Notes under the pieces: model-generated
What the model was told of the DNA's origin: nothing
Databases searched by the model: none
What the model saw: the letters and a program-made list of their open reading frames with translations, nothing else
Position numbers and translations under genes: made by a program
From: Giardia intestinalis
Taxonomy: Eukaryota
DNA: 64,000 nt
Strand: one strand, 5' to 3'
Assembly: GCA_000002435.2 (NCBI GenBank)
Contig: CM018791.1
Shown: one piece after another, positions 20,547-29,461 of the stretch
Position numbering within the stretch: position 1 is the first letter of the stretch
Layout of the letters: each line of letters begins with the position of its first letter

Positions 20547-21262
20547 TCAACCACGGCACAGCGCAGGGCCCACCAGACACAGGCTACGACGGTCTGGATG
20601 TCGCGCAACCCGCATTCTGCGCATTGCTGAAGAGACCACACACAGCAGACGAAGGCAGGGCTCTCCCATGTGCCCAGACGACTCGAACACCGCGGTCTGG
20701 GCCAACGATCTACCAGACAGGCCCGTCCGGTAACAGGCGACTGAATGCTCTCTGGGCCGTGAGCTAAAGCTGATGTGCAGCTGGCCGGCCACGACATTCA
20801 CCCTGGCTGGCCCTCTGTCTTCACGCGCCGACACGCCAAGGAGCTGTAGGGAAGTCGTGTGCTGTCTTGGCAGGTATATTATTACCTCCATGTATGCACC
20901 CTGGATGCGGCCACCATAGCACAGCTGCATCTCTGATCGTCCTGTACACGCCTCCTGGCACGAGTAGGTGCGCAGGAGGGGGTGCACTGCCCACCGCCGA
21001 GAAATGGATGAGCTCCCCTGCTCAGGAGCCGACGACCGCCAGCCATGCCCAACGAGGTCCCCTGCAAGGAGGCCTGCTGAGCCAGCTCTTCCAGCGAGCC
21101 GTGTATCTGGAAGAGCTCCGCGTTGAATGGCTCCTTGATTAAGGAAGCCGGAGTCCAGCGCGATGTGACGCCTGTCCGTCTAAGGCTGAGACTTCGGTCT
21201 GGTGCTTGCTGCTGAGCGAGCATTAAATGAGGCTGGCCAAAGAAGCGGCTCAGGGCTTTCAT
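20547..21262 (-). pseudogene. Possible frameshifted gene in the arm (two same-strand overlapping ORFs)
   Basis: ORF 20882..21298 (ATG at 21262, MKALSRFFGQ…) and ORF 20547..20987 overlap on the same strand in different frames. Both have coding-like composition. No homology recognised. Mirrored exactly at 27823..28538. Confidence 0.25.
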
Positions 21263-23312
21263 AGCTCTGTGTCTTCTTGTTCTGTTCGACTGAAACACCT
21301 GATCTCAGTGCTGACTGTTGGGTCTCCTCCTGTGGACGTGGTCCGGAAGTCTCACAGAGGACCTGTTTTTTTGTAATTTCTTCTAAGACGAAGGTAAGTC
21401 GTTCTATAGGATTAGGACTACATCTGTAGAAGCACAGCCCCGGTTAAAGCAGTAACATACAATTCGCAGATGCGTAGAATGCTTGCAGGAGAAAGCAGTA
21501 AGGAAAGATATCTCGATCATGACATAGACGTGAGACAGCACCACAGGCTGCCCAAGCAACCGGTCTGGATACGAGGTGCGGCATGATTACCCTTATCTAT
21601 CCTTTGCCAGGTGAGGGAATTCGACATAGAGCCTAGTCACCCTAACGGTCAGAACCAAAGGCAAAAGCTAGACCTGTGGTGTGTTGGCAAGTGATGGACA
21701 CAAGGGCATCCCTGGATGGACTGTTGCATGAGAGGGCGAAGGCCCATAGAGATGGGTTGCTCTCAGCACCTGCAGTGGGCAGCTTGCTCCGCGGCCAACA
21801 AGTTGTTGGGTCAGAAACAAGCACGGACGATGCCTGTCAGATGGGTCCGAGCCAGTCACCCGATGCCCCCTACGGGCCTCGTCCAACCGACACTCTTGAT
21901 TCTTGTCGAATAGCTCAGACAGACTGGGGAGAGGAAGGACTACCAGTCACCAGAGCTTGCTGCAGTGGGAGAGCCGGGCTTGGCTCGTCCCCGTCTTCAC
22001 ACAAGAGCGGGGAAGTGGGTTTACTTGCGGGACCCTTGGGCCGCGGCTGCAGGGGGGCTCAGTACTAGAGCGCTAGAAATAGCTGGCTGTCGAAGTAAAT
22101 CGTCGCTTTCCGGGGATGACATCTTCCTCGACCAGGGCAGCAGAAGAGACCCTCAATGCATCTGCCGGTGCTGGGGTGCGTCCTACCCGTCAGCGGGGCT
22201 TCATGGCTCCACTGGAAAGCCCAATCGTCCGCTTCTTGCTGTGCTCAGAGGACAGAGAACTAGGCAGGCGTAGTCCCATCCGCCCACCGGAGGGCTATGA
22301 GCGCCCCCGTCGTCCCATTGAGCAGCACCAGGCGCAGAAGAGGTCTGCCGGAAATGCGCCAGATGCAGTCAACGCTTTTCTGGGTGTAGTGTTAACAGAA
22401 TCACACGCTACGACGCGTCCCAGACAGGCTCCACCTGGCAGCGGCGCCCCAGAGGCGGGCCCCGAGGGACAAAACATTTCTGGCCCTGCCCCTGCTCCAA
22501 TGCGAGCGGCCCGCGGACAGAGCCGAGGACGGGGGCCAGTGCTCGGCCTCCTGCTGGTGCGGTGGCGCCGGGAGACCACCGGACCATCGACTCGGCAGCG
22601 GCAACCGGTGGAACGCCCTGGGCTGCTGCTGTGCCCATGCGCCTGGAGCGCGCCGCAGCAGCCCGGGATGGGTCCGCAGACAGGCGTGCCGCCCCAGCCG
22701 TCCCGGGGGCCGGCTCCTCGTGGCGGGCGCTCCTGCTCCCTTTGACTTTTCAAATGGAGAACGCAGTTATGGATCCTAGTTCTGCTGCAGAAGGTGCCTT
22801 ATGAGACGCAGCACAGCCACACCAAGCGGTATCGGGGCTGAACACTCCTTGGGACGGGCTCCTGGCGCATCTGAGAGACGCTCGTTGCTGTGCACTGCCT
22901 CTCGGGCCTTGGATGCACGTTGTGCAGAGCTGCAGGAGTCGCCCTTGCAGTTGTCAGTGGGCCGTTGATGGAGCCATTGAAAGCTCTGGACCGCTACTGG
23001 GCAGTACTGTCCCAGTGCACGTGTGGCAGCTTTGGCTCGCACTGGATGGTCCGTACAGATTGCAACGGAGCCACGAGGTGCATTAGTATGACATACACAT
23101 TGAGACAGTTGCAGTTCTATTCGGTCCAATCCACCTCCTTCTGGCCCTGTGCCGAGATTGCAGATTGCAAGTAGTGTTCGCGATAGACCCGGTGAGTGTT
23201 GATTCCATCAGCGCCTGTGGTCAACGTGTGCCAGAAGGATCAATCAACTGCATCAATCGACGCGGATTGACTGATGTACCGCGAGTATGTTCCTACCAAT
23301 CTATCAATCGGG

Positions 23313-23319
23313 CAATGTT
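23313..23319 (+). promoter_or_regulatory. vsp initiator-like context (CAATGTT) around the start codon
   Basis: The sequence caATGtt fits the PyA-ATG-TT initiator context that I recall being reported for many vsp genes. The assignment is from memory of the vsp literature and is not independently testable here. Confidence 0.35.
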
Positions 23320-25534
23320 TGGCAGTTTTGTTCTCGCGGGGGTACTCGTCCAGATTGCATGGGCAGGAAAAGCAACAGAGCGCGCGCAAGAAGCTCAATG
23401 CGCAGATAACACTAATTGCGCAGCAGAAGCATGCAACGTTCTGATCGGTGGTAAATTGTATTGCTCTCGATGTAACACAGGATTTGTTCCTATCAATGGA
23501 CAATGTGCAGACAAAGAAGGTGCAACAGATAAGTGCAAAGATGGCTCCGGAGGCGATACAGCTGATCAGACCTGTGGACAGTGCGCCGAGCAGACTTTCA
23601 TGTACAAGGGCGGCTGTTACGAAGCAGCCCAGCAGCCCGGACAGACCATGTGTCAGGCGGCAGATGCTGGAGTATGCACACAAGCCGCGCAAGGATACTT
23701 CGTGCCGCCGGGCGCAGACGCCTCTCACCAATCGGTTATACCATGTGGAGACGAAGAGGAAATAACGGTTAAAAACGATAAAAAGTACAAGGGCGTGCTG
23801 CACTGCACTCGGTGTAACGCTCCCACAGAAGCAGCAGATGCTAACGCCAAGGCCGCCACATGCACTGCGTGCCAGGCAGATAGGTATCTGAAGACAGCCA
23901 AGGACCAAGCCACCTCCTGCGTGACAGAGCAAGAGTGCACCGGCACCGAAGGGTTCTTCGCGAAAAATGGCGGCACCAAAACCTGTGAGGCGTGCGCTGA
24001 AACATGCAAGACCTGTAAGACCGAGGCTGCGAAGTGCACCTCTTGCAAGGACGACAAGCCGTACCTGAAGAAGGATAATGGCAGCGACACTGGCACGTGC
24101 GTCACCGAAGCTGAGTGCAAGACTGGAAACACCCACTACCCCGACGACACTGAGCCGAAGACGTGCAAGACGTGCGCCGAGGGGACCTCCGACGGGTGTG
24201 CGACGTGCGAGAAGGGCGCCGATGGAGCAGTCGCCTGCAAGACGTGCGGAAACCAGAAGAAGGTCCAGCCAAACAAGAAGGGGTGCGTTGAGAACTGCCC
24301 CTCGAACTCCAACGATAAGAAGACCCCTGGCACCTGTGAGTGCGTTGAGGGCTACGTTCCCGAGGAGGCCGGCACCGGGTGCACGAAGAAGCCCGACCCC
24401 CCTGCGGCGCCGTGCAACACCCCCGGCTGCAAGACGTGCAGTGAGCCGAAGACAAGCAAGGAGGTGTGCACAGAGTGCGAAGACCCCAAGGCCCTCACGC
24501 CCACGGGCCAGTGCATCTACGGTTGTGAGCACCTGGAAGGCTACTACGAGGGCACCAGCGAGGGGGGCAAGAAGGCCTGCAAGAAGTGCGAGGTCGAGAA
24601 CTGCCTCCTGTGCAACGAAAACGGACAGTGCGAGACCTGCAAGGACGGATACTACAAGAAAGAAACCGCCTGTGCCAAGTGCGATACCTCGTGCAAGACG
24701 TGCGCGAACGGGGAGCCCAACGGGTGCACGAGCTGCGAGGCTAAGAAGGCCCTCAGCTACGAAGGAGAGGGCAACACGGGGACGTGCAAATCAGAATGCA
24801 AACCGGGTACTAACAACTGCGAGAAGTGCGAGCTGACAGTCGATGGCACGGCCTACTGCTCCAAGTGCAAGGACGCCAACCAGTTCCCGCAGAACGGAGT
24901 CTGCTCGGCGGCGGCCGGAAAGGCTATTACGTGCACTACCAAAGGGACTGGTGTCTGTGACAAATGCGCCAACGGGCTTCTTCGGATGAACGGAGGCTGC
25001 TATGAGACGACCAAGTTCCCTGGAAAGAGCGTCTGTGAGGAAGCAGCATCGGCTGGGGATACCTGCCAAGTAGAGGCTCCAGGCTATCATCTTAATAACA
25101 ATGACCTTGTGACTTGCTCGGCCGGATGTAAGACGTGCACTAGTAACACCGTGTGTACTGAATGCATGGATGGGTATGCAAAGACTGATAATAAGTGCAC
25201 AAAGTGTGCCACTGGCTGTGCTACTTGTGCAGGATCCGCCTCAAATTGCGACACTTGCAGCACTGGGTACTACAAGTATAAGAACGCCTGTGTGTCTTGC
25301 ACGGAAAGCAACAGTGATAAGACTATCACCGGCGTCGCCAACTGCGCCAACTGCGCTCCTCCACTCAACAATAAAGGGTCTGTCCTCTGCTACCTCGTGC
25401 AGAGTGGCGAGAACACTAACAAAAGTGGTCTCAGCGCAGGCGCCATCGCGGGCATCGCTGTTGCTGTCATCATTGTTGTCGGCGGCCTCGTCGGTTTCCT
25501 TTGCTGGTGGTTTATGTGCAGAGGCAAGGCGTAG
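23315..25534 (+). CDS. Variant-specific surface protein (VSP), 739 aa
   Basis: Signal peptide MFGSFVLAGVLVQIAWAG, about 28 CXXC motifs and two GGCY motifs (KGGCYEA, NGGCYET). C-terminal TM helix followed by the invariant cytoplasmic tail CRGKA (…GFLCWWFMCRGKA*). The track start at 23165 is a TTG; the signal peptide begins at ATG 23315. Confidence 0.95.
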   Translation: MFGSFVLAGVLVQIAWAGKATERAQEAQCADNTNCAAEACNVLIGGKLYCSRCNTGFVPINGQCADKEGATDKCKDGSGGDTADQTCGQCAEQTFMYKGGCYEAAQQPGQTMCQAADAGVCTQAAQGYFVPPGADASHQSVIPCGDEEEITVKNDKKYKGVLHCTRCNAPTEAADANAKAATCTACQADRYLKTAKDQATSCVTEQECTGTEGFFAKNGGTKTCEACAETCKTCKTEAAKCTSCKDDKPYLKKDNGSDTGTCVTEAECKTGNTHYPDDTEPKTCKTCAEGTSDGCATCEKGADGAVACKTCGNQKKVQPNKKGCVENCPSNSNDKKTPGTCECVEGYVPEEAGTGCTKKPDPPAAPCNTPGCKTCSEPKTSKEVCTECEDPKALTPTGQCIYGCEHLEGYYEGTSEGGKKACKKCEVENCLLCNENGQCETCKDGYYKKETACAKCDTSCKTCANGEPNGCTSCEAKKALSYEGEGNTGTCKSECKPGTNNCEKCELTVDGTAYCSKCKDANQFPQNGVCSAAAGKAITCTTKGTGVCDKCANGLLRMNGGCYETTKFPGKSVCEEAASAGDTCQVEAPGYHLNNNDLVTCSAGCKTCTSNTVCTECMDGYAKTDNKCTKCATGCATCAGSASNCDTCSTGYYKYKNACVSCTESNSDKTITGVANCANCAPPLNNKGSVLCYLVQSGENTNKSGLSAGAIAGIAVAVIIVVGGLVGFLCWWFMCRGKA

Positions 25535-25549
25535 ACTTAGATAGTAAAT
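25535..25549 (+). terminator. Extended vsp poly(A) signal ACTTAGATAGTAAAT
   Basis: It lies immediately after the TAG stop (25532-25534). It matches the vsp consensus ACTYAGRTAGTRAAY, which contains the general Giardia poly(A) signal AGTRAAY. Confidence 0.8.
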
Positions 25550-27822
25550 GCGTCGATTCGCCTTCTTAAGGCGTGGAACTCTCGTTACGTCCACACTGCA
25601 AATGTGCTTGACGATTTCTAACATCTGGATTTTGTATAGCAGTCTGGAGTCGTGTGTGTGACTTTACTTTTATTCCACACTTCCAATAGTTTGCCACTGG
25701 ACTTCGCCTGCAAATGCAGCCTAGGAGTGCATGAATAAATAAACTTACATGTCTTCTTGGTAGAGCAAAGCAGACCCCTACTTGAGGACTTGGACCCGCT
25801 ACTCTATGCTTGTATCTGACGTAGTCGCACTTAGCCAAGGTGCACACCCTACTATCACTCGATAGCTCACCCTCTCGTTGTCTTAAAGGAGCAGCTCTTA
25901 GACTGCTGCCCAGTTGACTTTACCAAGTACTTGCTTATTTAAGCGAACTGTGAACGAACTTTCTGAATACCAGGTGAACCCTTATATCTAAAGACTACGA
26001 CACGTTCCTCATGTTCCAGTTCTACTGTAGTGACCTGTGAGGATGGTTGTATCCAATCTCAGTCCTCCAGCATATAGAGTATACACTAGTAACCATTTGT
26101 ACTTCATAACCTGTCTTTGTCTTCGAACGTGACTGAGCGACCGGATTATTCGCATGGGTTTAGCCCATATCTAAATAAGATCGAGAAGAGGCCACAAGAA
26201 TACTTTCTATAGCAAAGCTGGAGCTGCTAGCTACATATGCAACAGTTAGCCCCGCACCAGCAATCGATGCAACGGGGATGTGTGCCCACCCGAGCAGTAC
26301 ACAGCTGGCTACCCGTAATTATGCTCTCCATTTGAAAAGTCAAAGGGAGCAGGAGCGCCCGCCACGAGGAGCCGGCCCCCGGGACGGCTGGGGCGGCACG
26401 CCTGTCTGCGGACCCATCCCGGGCTGCTGCGGCGCGCTCCAGGCGCATGGGCACAGCAGCAGCCCAGGGCGTTCCACCGGTTGCCGCTGCCGAGTCGATG
26501 GTCCGGTGGTCTCCCGGCGCCACCGCACCAGCAGGAGGCCGAGCACTGGCCCCCGTCCTCGGCTCTGTCCGCGGGCCGCTCGCATTGGAGCAGGGGCAGG
26601 GCCAGAAATGTTTTGTCCCTCGGGGCCCGCCTCTGGGGCGCCGCTGCCAGGTGGAGCCTGTCTGGGACGCGTCGTAGCGTGTGATTCTGTTAACACTACA
26701 CCCAGAAAAGCGTTGACTGCATCTGGCGCATTTCCGGCAGACCTCTTCTGCGCCTGGTGCTGCTCAATGGGACGACGGGGGCGCTCATAGCCCTCCGGTG
26801 GGCGGATGGGACTACGCCTGCCTAGTTCTCTGTCCTCTGAGCACAGCAAGAAGCGGACGATTGGGCTTTCCAGTGGAGCCATGAAGCCCCGCTGACGGGT
26901 AGGACGCACCCCAGCACCGGCAGATGCATTGAGGGTCTCTTCTGCTGCCCTGGTCGAGGAAGATGTCATCCCCGGAAAGCGACGATTTACTTCGACAGCC
27001 AGCTATTTCTAGCGCTCTAGTACTGAGCCCCCCTGCAGCCGCGGCCCAAGGGTCCCGCAAGTAAACCCACTTCCCCGCTCTTGTGTGAAGACGGGGACGA
27101 GCCAAGCCCGGCTCTCCCACTGCAGCAAGCTCTGGTGACTGGTAGTCCTTCCTCTCCCCAGTCTGTCTGAGCTATTCGACAAGAATCAAGAGTGTCGGTT
27201 GGACGAGGCCCGTAGGGGGCATCGGGTGACTGGCTCGGACCCATCTGACAGGCATCGTCCGTGCTTGTTTCTGACCCAACAACTTGTTGGCCGCGGAGCA
27301 AGCTGCCCACTGCAGGTGCTGAGAGCAACCCATCTCTATGGGCCTTCGCCCTCTCATGCAACAGTCCATCCAGGGATGCCCTTGTGTCCATCACTTGCCA
27401 ACACACCACAGATCTAGCTTTTGCCTTTGGTTCTGACCGTTAGGGTGACTAGGCTCTATGTCGAATTCCCTCACCTGGCAAAGGATAGATAAGGGTAATC
27501 ATGCCGCACCTCGTATCCAGACCGGTTGCTTGGGCAGCCTGTGGTGCTGTCTCACGTCTATGTCATGATCGAGATATCTTTCCTTACTGCTTTCTCCTGC
27601 AAGCATTCTACGCATCTGCGAATTGTATGTTACTGCTTTAACCGGGGCTGTGCTTCTACAGATGTAGTCCTAATCCTATAGAACGACTTACCTTCGTCTT
27701 AGAAGAAATTACAAAAAAACAGGTCCTCTGTGAGACTTCCGGACCACGTCCACAGGAGGAGACCCAACAGTCAGCACTGAGATCAGGTGTTTCAGTCGAA
27801 CAGAACAAGAAGACACAGAGCT

Positions 27823-28538
27823 ATGAAAGCCCTGAGCCGCTTCTTTGGCCAGCCTCATTTAATGCTCGCTCAGCAGCAAGCACCAGACCGAAGTCTCAGC
27901 CTTAGACGGACAGGCGTCACATCGCGCTGGACTCCGGCTTCCTTAATCAAGGAGCCATTCAACGCGGAGCTCTTCCAGATACACGGCTCGCTGGAAGAGC
28001 TGGCTCAGCAGGCCTCCTTGCAGGGGACCTCGTTGGGCATGGCTGGCGGTCGTCGGCTCCTGAGCAGGGGAGCTCATCCATTTCTCGGCGGTGGGCAGTG
28101 CACCCCCTCCTGCGCACCTACTCGTGCCAGGAGGCGTGTACAGGACGATCAGAGATGCAGCTGTGCTATGGTGGCCGCATCCAGGGTGCATACATGGAGG
28201 TAATAATATACCTGCCAAGACAGCACACGACTTCCCTACAGCTCCTTGGCGTGTCGGCGCGTGAAGACAGAGGGCCAGCCAGGGTGAATGTCGTGGCCGG
28301 CCAGCTGCACATCAGCTTTAGCTCACGGCCCAGAGAGCATTCAGTCGCCTGTTACCGGACGGGCCTGTCTGGTAGATCGTTGGCCCAGACCGCGGTGTTC
28401 GAGTCGTCTGGGCACATGGGAGAGCCCTGCCTTCGTCTGCTGTGTGTGGTCTCTTCAGCAATGCGCAGAATGCGGGTTGCGCGACATCCAGACCGTCGTA
28501 GCCTGTGTCTGGTGGGCCCTGCGCTGTGCCGTGGTTGA
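27823..28538 (+). pseudogene. Mirror copy of the possible frameshifted arm gene
   Basis: ORFs 27787..28203 and 28098..28538 are identical in translation to 20882..21298 and 20547..20987. Confidence 0.25.
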
Positions 28539-28651
28539 GCATGCTACACGCTCTAGATATAACTGTCTCGTCACTGATCAGGGATCCAACCATCGGCTGT
28601 TCCTGCCGGCCACTCTTCGACAATCGTCAAGCAAGCCGGGTTCTCCAGTCC

Positions 28652-29461
28652 TCAACCCTTACTGGGGCTCGCATCAGCGCACCCAGGGACGCCCCCGTAG
28701 CCCGCAGGGGGGAAGCATGGCACGCACGCGAAGGCAACGGGCGGCCCAAGGAGGCCCTGGCCCGTCTGGAGCGGGAGGACGCCGGGCCCAGGAACGACCC
28801 CGGGTGGGAGGGCGAGGACGAGGCACCCCGGCGCGTGCGGGGGCAGAAGCGCAGAGACCGCGCCCGGGACCACAAAGACCGGCCCCCCGACGGGCGGCAC
28901 CAGCGGAGGCGCGGCGCAACCAAAAACGCAGGGGGGCGGGGGAGTGGCCGCCACAGGAGATGCCTCCTCCTCCTGCCTGGCCGCCCTCGGGCCGTATGTG
29001 CGGCGCGGCAGCACCACCCCGTGCTCCTCCAGGGCGGCGCGGACGTCCTGGGTGCGGAGCGCGTTGTTGTACGTCATCCGCAGCTCCTGGCGCGGATACT
29101 TCGCCCCGAAGCGCTCGTGGACCCTGCGGTAGAAGTCCGGGCCCAGGACGCTCCGGTCCCTGACCCCGGCGATGATCATCGCCTTGATGGCCCTGCGGTC
29201 CTCGCCGGTCATCTTCACGTTGAGGATGCTCCGCGAGTGCGTCTCGCGGTACCAGTGGTAGATCCTGCTCCGGTCCTCGGACAGGGCGCGGGCGATCTTC
29301 TTCCAGTCGATGGCCGTCCGGAGCACGTGCCGGTGGAGGAGCAGCGGCCGCCGCGCGAGGCTCTCGGCCGTCTCTCCCAGCCGCCGGGCAGCGACGACCT
29401 GCTTCGCGAGCTCGAGCAGAACGGAGGCGCGCGTCTCCGCCGTCATTGCCCCAGAGCCCAT
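28652..29461 (-). CDS. Arm gene, copy 2: Myb/SANT-like protein with proline-rich tail (269 aa)
   Basis: The translation is identical to 19624..20433. The same A/T-rich leader is mirrored at 29462-29525. Confidence 0.7.
   Translation of the reverse strand: MGSGAMTAETRASVLLELAKQVVAARRLGETAESLARRPLLLHRHVLRTAIDWKKIARALSEDRSRIYHWYRETHSRSILNVKMTGEDRRAIKAMIIAGVRDRSVLGPDFYRRVHERFGAKYPRQELRMTYNNALRTQDVRAALEEHGVVLPRRTYGPRAARQEEEASPVAATPPPPCVFGCAAPPLVPPVGGPVFVVPGAVSALLPPHAPGCLVLALPPGVVPGPGVLPLQTGQGLLGPPVAFACVPCFPPAGYGGVPGCADASPSKG

Larger units (their letters stand above)
18861..22760. repeat. Left arm of a 3.9-kb inverted repeat
   Basis: It is the reverse complement of 26325-30224, with positions pairing as x + y = 49085. 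All ORF-track translations in the two arms are mirrored and identical. I also checked the ORF-free stretch 21301-21660 base by base against 27425-27784 and it is identical. Exceptions: one mismatch at 21673/27412 and 5 mismatches in the outermost 21 bp. Confidence 0.95.
22761..26324. other. Unique 3564-bp spacer (loop) of the palindrome, carrying the VSP gene
   Basis: Identity between the arms stops abruptly at 22760/26325. Only weak residual inverted similarity is visible in the first ~85 bp inside, for example cggggctgaac at 22833-22843 versus cggggctaac (reverse complement) at 26245-26254. Confidence 0.9.

Noticed and set aside
19425-20797. Several 290-334-aa ORFs overlapping the arm gene in other frames and on the opposite strand (19425..20411, 19576..20580, 19922..20797, and mirror copies)
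   Set aside because: They are Arg/Pro/Gly/Ala-rich and lack A/T-rich leaders. They are explained by the scarcity of stop codons in 65-77% GC DNA. Only the 269-aa frame has paralogue support and third-position G/C saturation.
23240-24836. Long antisense and off-frame ORFs inside the VSP gene (23240..24532 minus, 24078..24836 plus, and others)
   Set aside because: They are by-products of the repetitive, GC-rich Cys/Thr/Lys codon composition of the VSP. They have no signal sequence, motif or start-codon context, and the VSP frame explains the region completely.
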